Source: Podarcis pityusensis
Lineage: Eukaryota
Length of the DNA stretch: 64,000 bases
Direction: 5' to 3' (one strand)
Assembly (NCBI GenBank): GCA_964106645.2
Contig: OZ067042.1
The notes beneath the pieces were generated by a model. The model saw only the letters and a program-made list of their open reading frames with translations. It was not told the DNA's origin and did no database searches. Position 1 is the first letter of the stretch, and each line of letters opens with the position of its first letter. Positions 24,322 to 36,032 of the stretch are shown piece by piece. The position numbers and the translations under genes are program-made.

Positions 24322-24914
24322 CAGGGGTGAACAAAGGCTAACCGACACCCGGGGCGGAGCAAACTGCTGGCTGCGCACGCGTTGTGCCGCTACGCACGAC
24401 GCATTCATGGCATTGTTACGCAGGGCACATATGCAGCATCGCTACGTACAGCACATGCGTGCAACACTGTGCATGCGTTGTACGTAGCGGTTTGCTGCCA
24501 GTGCCGCTTGAATGCCGTATGGATGGTGGCGGGATCCTCTGTTCATGGCTGCAGCCGCGAACAGAGGATCCTCCACGTGCGGCGACAACGGAGGGATCCC
24601 AACGCCGTCCATACAACGCTTGAGCGCCGCCGGCAGCAAACCGCTATGTACAGCGCATGTGTGGCATCACTACGTACAGCGCATGTGTGCGACACCGCAC
24701 ATGCGTTATACGTAGCGGTTTGCCGCTGGCGCCACTCGAACGCCGTACAGACGGTGGCAGGATCCTCTGCTTGCAGCTGCAGCCGCGAACGGAGGATCTT
24801 CCACATGTAGCTACAGTGGCGCAATGGCTGCTCACTCCGCCACACCCGGGCTCACCCCCCCCCCACGGCACCCAGGGCACACCACCACCACCCGCCCCCC
24901 TTGTGATGCCACTG
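24322..24914. mobile_element. Putative hAT-like non-autonomous element with internal CpG-rich nested inverted and tandem repeats
   Basis: Imperfect termini CAGGGGTGAACAAAGG / CCTTGTGATGCCACTG. 8-bp flanks TGTATAAT / TATATAAT. Internal period of about 228 bp. Confidence 0.6.
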
Positions 24915-25099
24915 TATATAATTAGTGCAAACGATCGAATGTGAGCAACAAGAACAGCTCCTCTTGACATTCTGCTGCTAAGCCATGGATTGACTCAGCA
25001 TGGCATGCAAACCCAGGCTCATGGTTTAGCTCTCTCCATATAAACCATGTGCTGTAAGCAAGGCTTATCCTATGGTTTATAGCTCATGGTTTGTCTGGG

Positions 25100-25347
25100 A
25101 GCTTCTGCCAACCTAGCAGTTCGAAAGCACATCAAAGTGCAAGTAGATAAATAGGTACCGCTCCGGCAGGAAGGTAAACAGCGTTTCCATGCGCTGCTCT
25201 GGTTCGCCAGAAGTGGCTTAGTCATGCTGGCACATGACCCGGAAGCTGTATGCCGGCTCCCTCGGCCAGTAAAGTGAGATGAGCGCCACAATCCCAGAGT
25301 TGTCCACGACTGGACCTAATGGTCAGGGGTACCTTTACCTTTACCTT
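25100..25347 (+). mobile_element. Sauria SINE, 5'-truncated
   Basis: ACCTAGCAGTTCGAAAGCAC...AGATAAATAGGTACCGC...(ACCTTT)n tail; TCTGGGAG repeated on both flanks. Confidence 0.88.
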
Positions 25348-25957
25348 ATCTGGGAGAGCTAAAGCTCTCCCAGATAAAGGTTTAGATAAAATACTAAGCC
25401 AAACCATAACTTAGGGCAGCACAGCAGCAGAATGAGCAGAGGAGGACCAAAGCAGCCGCAATCTCCTCTGTGGGATCCCACACATTTGTTGTACATGCTA
25501 AACTGTGGTGCCAACGATACCAATGTCCTCTTTTATTTTTAGTTATCTTTCTCTATCTCAGCTAGCTGGAAAAGTCTTAACAATTCCATATTTTTAATAA
25601 TTTGCTATTAAAATGGAAACTGATTTTTTTTAAAAAAAAAAAAGCCTTATTTAATGTGTATTATGATGATCCAGGATCATTTTAGTTGACACAGTCCAGC
25701 CCTATGCACTTTTTGAGAGTGTTGCATGTGCATGGGTTTCCACAGCAAGCACTCACACTCTTGAAAAAGCAAAATGCTTTGCTTGCCTCTTCAGCAATGC
25801 AAATGATTGTGACAAAAACCTATAGACCCAAATTGGTTCCCTCCTGCACTTGTACGTATATGGTTTGGATTATGACCCTATTTGTAATGTGCAGTGAATA
25901 TCTCTTTTGCCCTTCATTATGGTAAGGAGGCTTTTTTCCCTTTGCTCTCACTTACAG

Positions 25958-26181
25958 GTTATTATTCCTGGCGGAATCCAGGGAACGGCTCCTGGTTTGT
26001 GCAATCTCTTTGTGAAGTTCTGACTAAGTATGCCAAAGAGCTGGAGATCCTGCAGATGCTCACCATGGTTAACTACAAAGTAGCAAGAAACTATGAATCG
26101 CAGTGTGATGACCCACGCTTCAATGGGAAGAAACAGATTCCTTGTGTGGTCTCCATGCTAACCAAAGAAGTTTACTTCTGA
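25958..26181 (+). CDS. CASP7: Caspase-7 last coding exon (small subunit)
   Basis: [22 protein letters not shown]...[17 protein letters not shown]; CAG acceptor at 25955-25957. Confidence 0.96.
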
Positions 26182-27966
26182 AATCTCATTTGTTTGGGCA
26201 TATATCATCTGCTCATCTTCCGAAGAAAGATTGAAATATACAATGGGGATCTTCTAATCAAAACATTTCAAATCAAACCACACTGGATCCAGAGCTTCAT
26301 CAAGATAATCTTTGAAATATGCAATATGACAATTACCTCAGTTGATAGTTAAAATCCTTTTCAACATGCCACCTTGACTGTTTATGTGTATTTTGGTAGA
26401 TAATTCTGGTCTCTTGTTGTTTCTGGCCACACTGGAAAAAAATGCCTCTAATACCTCTCTTGTTTGACCACATAGGTTTTTTCTCATGGAAATTCCTCAT
26501 AATTCCCCAATATTAACTACTTAAAATGTGTTGGCACTGTGCTATTGGACTGAAACATTTTTCTTAATTTCTCAAATATAAAAGGGAGGAATCACACAGG
26601 AATATGACCAAGGTGTACTGGAGTTTTCTGTGATTAAATGGTGGACTTGATATCATTGGTATTTTACATATCAGAGGACATATCCATTCATAGGTCTTGC
26701 TTGGTCTCAGTGTGGGTTTGAAATCATAAGCCATTTACTTTTCAAAATCACTCTGTTTAAGTCTGTTTCTGTTTTCCTTACTTCTCCCTACATTCGAAAA
26801 CTATCCTTATAAAACCTAGGAAATACTTGAAACGCTCCTTTTTATCCAATATGGAAATACCACTCCAGTTTTGTCATGAGAACACTAAACAGTTAAGTGC
26901 AGCTTACGACATTTTCAGCGTAATAACAATTTGATAGCAAATATGTGCTGTGTAGTATATAGCTTTCAAACAGAAATAACAGTGATGCCCGTACGTTGTC
27001 AGATAGATCAAAGCACAATTATTCCACAAAGCAATAAGTAAAATTATAGCAAACTAAGTAAATTAAGAGTTTCTACTTCCTTGTAATGACTGACCGCTGC
27101 TGAGAAGCCACACAGTTCTTTACTTTAAATGCCTTAACCTTGATTGTGTTGCCCTTTCTGCATGATTAGACATTGCAGATTCGGTGCCTACATATTCACT
27201 TGAAGGCAAACCACCACCACCCCCCCATCATTCTTGATCTTACACCATAAATTCACATTTTACTGTATGTCACTTTATAGTGCCAATTTCTTGTTTCTAG
27301 ATTTGTTTCCTTGTTTCTAGATTTACAAACAGTGTTGTACAATTGTTGAATTTCTTGTTATTATAACAAGTCCACAGTATACCCAACACTATGGATGTAT
27401 TGGCCAACTTCCATTTCATTACCATAAAGGCTCTCTTTCTTGGCGTGTTCGGTGCTGTGGCTATTTGAAGTAAGTTTGAGCTATGAATCCTAGCTACTCA
27501 TGGAAACTTGATTTTGTGTCAGTCAAGTCACCAGTACAAAGGCAATGTTTATATAGTTTTCAAGCTTTAAAGCAAGATAGGAAAAGAGTCTGCTGAATTT
27601 TAACTGGGGATAGACCACATCTTACACAACATCAGGTAGGAAATATTTCCATCAGTGCAAGAGGAGATCTCCACAGAATGCCAATGACTTAAGAAATCCA
27701 GTGCGCTATGGATTCTAGAGTGAGACAAATTGCTTTTCTGGCATGATGCAAAAATATAGCAGTAGGATCTCAGGTAGTGACAACTGCAGGACTAGGCCTC
27801 ACCATGAAGTGGGAAATATGCGATCCTATGAATTTATCCTGGCAAAGACCTGTATGTTTCTTGAGCAAGAGAGTAAACTAAATTGGAGCATCAATGGGAG
27901 TTTTGCCTTGCAAATGGTTGTGAAATAATCTCAGTTAATCATAACATTTTTTGCACTTAAAGAATT

Positions 27967-28312
27967 AATAAATTCTTTTGACATAACATGTCTGTCAATG
28001 TTCAGACAATGTTCAGACAATATTCAGACAATGAAATAATAGTAAAAACTATAAACTAGTAGTTCAAGACACCGAAACTAATCAGCTGTTTACATGTTGA
28101 AGTTAATAAACTGTTTACATATGATGGAAATGCATAACTCCTTTGTTCTTCAGGGAATCGTCATGGAAAATCTCAATTAAGAGATCAATATATATTTGAT
28201 GCGAATATAGCAATATATAAATATTTTAATGGTTATTTTAAAGCAGCATAGGATCATCTTTTTTCATTTCAGAAACATTAGCTAATTCTACAAAGAAATA
28301 AAAACAAATAAA
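27967..28312 (+). terminator. Cluster of candidate CASP7 polyadenylation signals
   Basis: AATAAA at 27967, 28105, 28297 and 28307, about 1.8-2.1 kb after the stop. The last pair is followed by T-rich sequence. Confidence 0.5.
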
Positions 28313-31300
28313 GATAATTTTCTAACCTGCTTGTTTCATTTTTCTCTCTGTGGGAGGAATGAATGTATCTTCTGAGCTCTCATCCACAGAAATTATGGGT
28401 GGTTTCCTATAATCAGCCAAGGTATCTCTAGCAAAGCTGAATTCATCTGTTAGAAAATCTGGTTCTGTATGTTTTCTTTTAAACGGGTTTGCTTCCAGGT
28501 TTGTTAGTTCTTAACAGTGCTTGTAAGAAATATTGTGAACTGGGATCCCTGCCTAGTTCAACATCCTTTGCCTCACTAGTCAAATGGTTTTCATACATCC
28601 GCAAGGAAAATATTAAGGCAACAGCCCATATTCACTGCCTCTTGAACCTGTTTTGCTAATAGCCACTATCTTAAATGTAGTTGTCATTATTTCTCAGCGA
28701 CCCTTCACCATCTGATCCTAGGGCTGCTTAGAACAATATAATGTAAGTTTATAAAAACAAAAACAGTTGCAATTATAAAAATATCCATTCTAAACAGCAA
28801 TATCGATTGCTTAAAAGAGAGGGGTCCTGCAAAACAAATGCCTTAACTGTCAATTTTGTGAGAGCCCTCTCCCTTGCCACCATTCTCCACACTTCCAAGG
28901 ATAGCAGAATTACCAAGAAAACTCCTTCTGCTGATCTTAACACCCAGAAGTTTCTGTAGAGAAGGATGTGACAGGAACTGAAGGAGAAGCTAATAGCTCA
29001 ACAGCCTTCTGATCAATCATTGGTGACAGTGGGCCCTAAGTGGTTAAATTTTCCTCATCTCTCCTCTTCTGAAGATCAACTGCAGTGTAATCGTGACCTG
29101 TGCTTCTAGGCACGGGTCCAAGCAGCTTCCCTCTTGCCCTGCTCCTCCTCAAGGGAAAACCCAAATTGCCATTTGCTCTGATGGAGCACTGAAGAGCAGT
29201 TTTTTCCAGAGGAAAGCAGTGGGACAAGAAGTGTCGATAAACCCTCACTGGATTATCCAGTGAACGTTTGCAGAGTAGGTCAAATAACTTCCTCTTCTCT
29301 TTCAGCATTGGTTTATGGGAGAAGATTAGCACACATTTAAGATTCTGATGGTCTTTCAAAAAAAAAAACCACAGCTGATTGGAAATCCCTAAATCCCTTT
29401 GGAATGCCCAGGTTAAAGCAAGCTGTGACTTTTTGTTGCTTGTGTGAAAGTCTCAAAAATTACAGTGCTACCCAAACCATTTCTACTCAGTCATACTGAA
29501 TTTAATATGTATTATTTTCAGGTAAGGGGGGCTAGGTTTGCAGGCTCTGTGTTGATCTTTAAATATGCTGCTTGGCAGGGAATATATATCACATTGATTC
29601 CTTTTGTTGCTATGATCATTCAAAATAAAGCACAATTCTTTTACTACAGTATTTTCCCCTATTTCTCTAAGGAAATAGGGGACCTTAATATATATAAGCA
29701 ATATTTGGGGGGGGGACATGCTGTTTGTAAGGAGAAACAACTAAAACCATTCTCTTTCCAGGATGTGTTTTGTGACTGAGTTAAATGTAAGCTTATTGCT
29801 ATGTCTGTTTCTCAGGTGTTGTCAAAGGCACATTAGCATGCTATATCCACTTCTGGTTTTCCCCCATTTGAAACTTCTTTCAGCTCGACAGGAGGTTGTA
29901 CATTTGCCCTGAGGAAAAAGCCTGGGTATTTCCTTATGACTCATAGTACAGCCTATGTTTTGCGCACTGGTATAAGGAGGCAGTTTCTATTTGCTCAGCA
30001 TTAAACTAAGAGCAACAGAGCACTTGGAAAATATAACTTGTCGTGGTTTGACATTGTGGATCTTCAATTTTGCAACACCTAGTGCCTGTAAGTACCCCTA
30101 CAAATGTTCATGTTCATTTAGAGTAAAAGTTAGCAGTATCATCTAATTTCAACCTCCTCCTCCTGTTTCATACATACACTTTTCTTAAGTGGCTTGTTTT
30201 GATTTTGTTCTAAAAAGGCTAACTGTACTATTTTAAATTCTGAAAACAAAGCCTACTTGGGTAAGAGTTGTGCAATGTAAAAGCTATTTCTTCCACTAAA
30301 TCCAGTTTGTGGGTGAAAATGTGCTGTGATTTAAAGAGTGACCACCCCTCTCTTCTAATCATATATTGACATTTTGCAGTGACCATTCTCTGCTGTAAGT
30401 TCATAAGTCTCTCTGTATATCATGGCATTCCTTCACATTTATATTGCCTTGCCTTGATCTTAATATATTTTTAATTGTGGTATGTAGCACTGGTTTATTC
30501 TTAATTCTGACAACTTTACCAAGACCAAGTGTGTGTCTGCTCAGACCCAAGTGGTAACATAGAAAAATGTTATACTGTCTTTAGCTTTAAAAAATATTTG
30601 TTTAGAGATCTTTTAATTCAGGGAAGTCATTGATGCCACAAACAACACGTAGTTCAATCTTTTGCAAGACTATTCAGAAATAAATCCTATTAAGTTCACT
30701 GAGCTTAGTGTACATAGGATTGTAGCAATAACCATCATTTGTTCTGTGCCTTCTCTACGAATGCAGAATTGCAAGGGCTCATCACACTAAAAGAGGGGGG
30801 TCTTAAAAAAATAAAATGAAATCACCAAACGTTACCCATTAGATTAATTTGACTGGAATACAACTGAGGGATAATATAAGTAAATAGCAGCAAACATAGG
30901 TCAATAGGAGAAATAGGACATTAACTGAGGTAATGTGATTAGTCAATAGTAGAAATGGGATATTAACAAAAAGAGCAATATATTACCAATCTTTTGAGTC
31001 ATTCAGCTTGATGGCAAGTAAAATTGAATGCATATTGATTGAATCTTATGGGAAGTATTCCTGAGACCGAGTTCTTTAGAAAACACCTGAATCAACTCAA
31101 GTTTGTTCCGAATACAGCAGGAAGTGAGAGGCAGAATGTGAGTTTGCATAGAAGTAAGATCGCCCTCAAACTTGCCTTCCAAAAAGTGAAATAACTTGAC
31201 TAAGGCTAATAATCAGTCCTCAGATAAAATTGTCCCAGAATGGATTTGCTGTTTTCAGAATTCTTTTTGTCAAACTGGGCAGAAGAGGAGATAGGAGAAG

Positions 31301-31597
31301 AAGACAGAGAAGTGGAATGCCGGGTTTAGGCTTATTGCTCAGCTATAGTGTTTTCTTCTTCTAAAAAATAGCTATCAGTATGTTTATCCTAGGAAGCAAA
31401 GAGCAGCTTGGGGAAGAGGGAATTGAATCATAGACTTGGGGGTTGTATTGGCATAGGAGCACACACTGCAATGCCCTCATGGCTGCCTCCACGCTCATTT
31501 TTCTACATGGGCAGTTCACAGAGAATGAGTGTGAATGGGGTGTGGGTGCATGTGGATAGGGTGTGGGGAAAAGAAAGGGGGTATCTGTGTTAAGTGT

Positions 31598-31598
31598 A

Positions 31599-31643
<45 letters not shown>
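31598..31643. repeat. (GT)n microsatellite
   Basis: Seen directly; one interruption. Confidence 0.95.
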
Positions 31644-31647
<4 letters not shown>

Positions 31648-32249
31648 AGTGGTGGAAGTTTGGGTTGATAGGTGAAGACAGCAAACCAATTTTAAGCTGT
31701 CACCTAACTCCCTGCTGGCAAAAAAAAAACTCCCGCAGAATGTGGCCAATTCTTGATCCAGCCTTTGGGCTAAAGAAAGGCCAAACTGTGTATGTGCATG
31801 CATCACTGGGGCATATTTTAAAGACCTAGCACTCTACCTTTCCTCTATTTACTTTGCTGCATATTTTGTGATTTTAAATCTCTGCTGAGGTTCTCTCACC
31901 AAAGAGTACTTGCCCAAACCTGGATCTTGGCATCCAGGGAATTCTCCTTTCTCTATACCTATTTACTTGTCCTTGCACCAGCAAAAACAAAATTGATCAA
32001 TAATTGTATATTGCATATATTTCTTGCAATATCTCACTTTCCTTTCAGGTAGGTTGATTTGTCCTCATCTGGATATGAATGAACAACACATCTTGTTTGG
32101 GTATGGTTGCAATTTCAGGGTTGCGTTTTAAATCAATTAATTTACAGGCTTGTGTTAGTTCAACTGTGCGTGCATAGTCTCACAAAGTAGTTGGATGCAA
32201 TGTGTGTAATCTATTCCATCCACAAAATAAGAGTTTCTGTAGAGTTTCT

Positions 32250-32543
32250 ATAGTGCAAGTTCATGTTCCGATGGGGCTAGCATCTGGAGCCAACTGACGA
32301 TTCCCAGATAAGATCCTCCCCCTATTGTGTGGGCACGGTAGTCCCTCCCCCTACCTGGCCTGATCACCGTGGCAATGCCCCCCCAGGAGGGATTGGGCAA
32401 CTGGCTGAGGTAGGCAGAGACCTCCAGGTATCCCAACTGGGGAAGGCAAAGCCAAGCCTATGCTAATGGTGCCGCATAGGGTCCAGGGGGCTGCGTGTGA
32501 CCACGCAAAGGGTGCCCCCCATTTAATGTGGGGAGCAGTCATT
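32250..32543 (-). mobile_element. GC-rich interspersed repeat fragment, inverted relative to 35742-36032
   Basis: 32429-32543 is the reverse complement of 35742-35856 with few mismatches. Left boundary approximate. Confidence 0.65.
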
Positions 32544-33009
32544 GTATCTGCCCTACACTGGTTGCTCTCGACACTCTTTTCTTAGCCCCAATTCCAAGCT
32601 GCTTCCCAAGTAAATGGCTGAACCCATGAACTCTGGTGAGGGGAACATAGAAAGTTCAGAGTCCCTTTTTTATACACTTTTGTGTTGTGGTTACTGCTAA
32701 TATAACCTTTCTCCACTTTTAGGAGCAAATGGTGAGTACAGTAGTCACATGAAATAAATGGATCTCTTCAGGCATTTGAGGTGAACATGTGTAGGCTTAA
32801 AGAGGAGAGAGACACCACTACTACCACACATTTCATATGTGACTTAGTGCTGCTTTGGATACAACCTCATGCCTCTTGTCCCTCTGATGTTACTTCATAC
32901 TTGTTTCATTTCTACCAAACCAAAACATTCTAAATCAGAATCGGTTTTACCAGAGTTTTGAAAAGTATTTATTTGTTTAATTAAAATTTTCAAAGTTTCA
33001 TTGGTGGGA

Positions 33010-33780
33010 ATCAAAGAATTGTAGAGTTGCAAGGGACCCCAAAGGCACAACCGCCTGCAAGGCAGGAATCTCAGCTAAAGCATCCATGACAGATGGCCAT
33101 CCATCCTCTGTTTGAAAACCTCCAATAAAGGAGAGTCTATCCCCTTCCAAGGTAATCTGTTCTACTGTCGAACATCTCTTACTGTCAGAAAGTTCTTCCT
33201 AAAGTTTGGTCGGAATTTACTTTCTTGTAACTTGAATCGATTGGTTCAAGTCCTACCCTCTGGAACAGAAGGAAACAAGCTTGCTCCTTCTTTCATGTGG
33301 CAACCCTTCAGATATTTGAAGATGGCTATCATATCGCTCCTCAGATTTTTCTTCTTCAGGTTAAACATCCCCAGCTCCCTCTGTTGCTGTTTAGTCGTTT
33401 AGTCGTGTCCAACTCTTCGTGACCCCATGGACCAGAGCACGCCAGGCACTCCTGTCTTCCACTGCCTCCCGCAGTTTGATCAAACTCATGTTCGTAGCTT
33501 CGAGAACACTGTCCAACCATCTCGTCCTCTGTCGTTCACTTTTCCTTGTGCCCTCAATCTTTCCCAACATCAGGGTCTTTTCCAGGGAGTCTTCTCTTCT
33601 CCCTCTAGCACTCCACATAAGGCTAGGTTTCTAGACCTTTTATCATGTTGGTTGCCCTCCTCTGCACACATTCCAGCTTGTCAATATCCTTAAACTGTGA
33701 TACTCAGAAGTGGACACAGTACTCCAGGTGGGGTCTGGTCAAGGCAAAATAGAGCAGGACTATTACTTCCCTTGATCTGA
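33010..33780 (-). mobile_element. CR1 LINE 3' fragment interrupted by BovB
   Basis: AGAGTTGCAAGGGACCCC...ACTGTCAGAAAGTTCTTCCT...TGGACACAGTACTCCAGGTG, the typical antisense CR1 RT end. Confidence 0.8.
33383..33598 (-). mobile_element. RTE-BovB LINE 3' fragment nested in CR1
   Basis: Minus-strand peptide EDSLEKTLMLGKIEG..RWLD..LREAVEDRSAWRALVHGVTKSWTRLND is the BovB C-terminus. CTCCCTCT is duplicated at 33375-33382 and 33599-33606. Confidence 0.9.
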
Positions 33781-34398
33781 AGAAGGTATTATTGTAAACA
33801 GGTATTATTGTAACCCATCCATTCATTTCAAAAACAACTGTTGATCTAATTTACGGTCTTTTGTTGCCCTTTTTATGCTGTGTAAGTTCTTGGAATGCTA
33901 ATTGTATTTTATTGTTCGAAACATTCAATGGAGCAAGTGGGAAGAAAGGACTGTAGGAATAAAATATTGCTGTTCTTTATGTTATATGTTCATTGCATCG
34001 TTTTGGGAGAATTATAAATTGAGGGGTTTTTGTAGTTATTTTCTGGCACACAGTCACCATCTACATCTATGTTAATATTTTGTTAACCTAGTTAATGGGT
34101 ACTGACAAATAACAAATATTTGTTAACATCTGATAAACTGCTGCTTGGTTACAGTTTCTGTTTATATACCGCATAGCAGAAGAACAAAAAAGAAAATTAA
34201 GTACTTCTGTTCCTCATAATATTCTGTTTATTTAATCTGAACAGGAACTGCAAGTACTTACTGGAAAGGCAAGGTGTGGTTTATACAAAGTCCTAGATTA
34301 TAGTGATGGTGCACTGGGCCAGTACCTATTAAACATGAGTTAAAGTGGTCTTTAACCCTCACTATTTGTTTGTTTACTAGGTTGAATTTGCAATCAAA

Positions 34399-34426
34399 AT
34401 GGATGCTCCACGAACGATGTGCATAG
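34399..34426 (+). CDS. PLEKHS1: PLEKHS1 first coding exon (exon 34381-34426)
   Basis: MDAPRTMCI(G): 28 coding nt; TAG acceptor at 34378-34380; GTATGA donor; phase 1 matches the next exon. Confidence 0.7.
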
Positions 34427-35410
34427 GTATGAGATGGAGTCTCATGAGTTTATCCAGACAGCAGGCCATACCCGTTTCCCTGGCAATTTTCATGTTTTTC
34501 TCAACATGCACTGTTTCTTTTTTTAATGGATACAATCAGTATGTGACTCCAACCAAAATTAGCATACAATTTTATGGCCCTGCCATGTATTGTATGTCCC
34601 TGTTCCAAAACATGGCAGAGTTTGCATATTTGGGCAGGGATATTCAGGTCTTGAGCCACATTGGAACTGACACATTTGCACTTAAAGCCCTGCCCTCTGA
34701 TCCAAAGATATGGGATGGACTCCCTTCACTCAGTGTTGTAGAAAATGCATTCTGCACATGCATTGGATTGTTGCTGCATGAGTCCTAGGGATGAGGCTTG
34801 GCTGAGTTAGCCTAAGATCAAGATGCCCTGTTTCTGATTCACCATGATGCTCCACCGACAATATTTCATTTCTACTGGTGATATTTTTCAAGTACTTGAT
34901 TTGGGTTTTCCAGCAGCAGCATCCATACAGACTGTCCTGCTCCCCTACATAGTTTTAACCATTTTATCTTGGATTGTGCCTGCCGGTCCAGTAGTAGATG
35001 TGCTATGAGTTGTAGGAACAAAGGGACGACCTCCCCTTTAAACATTCAGCGTATATTCAGATAGTTCTTCCAGTCTATATTCTGATTTCAACCAAATTTC
35101 TGAATTGGATTTTTGCTCCAGCTGCTGGGAATTGTTAAATTGCCGTACACTGCCTTGATATTTTATGTGAGTGGGAGAAACATAAGCACTTCAATAAATA
35201 AATCAAACTGGACCAATCATGGTAGGACTGGTCAAAAACAATTTCATATTTTACTTCAGACACAAATATCATTGTTTTGGTCATTTTGAATTGGATTTCT
35301 CTCCCTCCTTGACTATGGGTCTGTGGCTAAGGGATACAGAAATCCACTCTTCAGGGTTCTTTTCCTATGGAGGTAACATGGAATGTTTCTTACTGTTATC
35401 TCTTTATCAG

Positions 35411-35487
35411 GAAATTGTAGTTATGGAGATGTCTACAAGCATGGTTTCTTCATCAAATCCCCACCTCCTCATCTTTTCTCCAATCAG
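35411..35487 (+). CDS. PLEKHS1: PLEKHS1 exon, PH domain start
   Basis: GNCSYGDVYKHGFFIKSPPPHLFSNQ (Gab/PLEKHS1-type PH motif KSPP). Confidence 0.9.
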
Positions 35488-35611
35488 GTACTGTTGACAT
35501 AATAGCCATGGTGCTGCTGCTATAATAATGATGAGCAAATAGCAATAATAATTGTACTCATAATGTGTTACTGTATTTCTCATTCCTTGTCTTTTACCTT
35601 TCTTCCAACAG

Positions 35612-35718
35612 AACTCCTGGAAAAGGAGACACTTTATCCTTTGCAAGTCTGGCAAGAACGATTATGTCCTGAGGTATCTTAAAGGTGCCCAGTTAAAGGG
35701 TTACATTGAAATCAATGA
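35612..35718 (+). CDS. PLEKHS1: PLEKHS1 exon, PH domain
   Basis: NSWKRRHFILCKSGKNDYVLRYLKGAQLKGYIEIN; AG/GTAAGT. Confidence 0.92.
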
Positions 35719-35741
35719 GTAAGTATCTAGCCATGTCTCAG

Positions 35742-36032
35742 AATGACCGCTCCCCACATTAAATGGGGGGCGCCCTTTGCGTTGTCACGCGCAGCCCCCT
35801 GGACCCTATGCGGCACCATTAGCACAGGCTTGGCTTTGCCTTCCCCAGGTGGGATATCTAGATCCCTGGCAGGGGACTGGGAGGGATAAATGCCCAGTGA
35901 CTGAGCCAAGGTCTACCCACAATTGAAACATAATACAGTTGTGGCCAATTTTAATCCCATAGCACGTTGTCTTGAGTCGTTATTCCACACAGGGGCCGCC
36001 CAGAGTTTGGGGGACTCCGCCTGTCCATGCAA
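35742..36032 (+). mobile_element. LTR-like (possibly DIRS/Ngaro) terminal-repeat fragment
   Basis: Shares AATA(C/A)AGTTGTGGCCAA and a GGGGAC...GCAA end with the 51824-52610 element; its 5' part matches 32429-32543. Confidence 0.5.

Noticed and set aside
24382-24970. Several overlapping ORFs with repeated peptides, and a CRISPR-like appearance
   Set aside because: By-product of a GC-rich nested repeat; there is no repeat-unique spacer pattern and no cas genes, and the DNA is eukaryotic.
31100-31950. ETS-, IRF- and NF-kB-like motifs as the PLEKHS1 promoter
   Set aside because: Short motifs occur by chance; there is no CpG island or TSS evidence to anchor a promoter call.
35355-35372. AG-flanked 18-nt segment encoding GFFSYG with a GT donor
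   Set aside because: The following intron would be only 38 nt, and read-through is out of frame with the PH exon.
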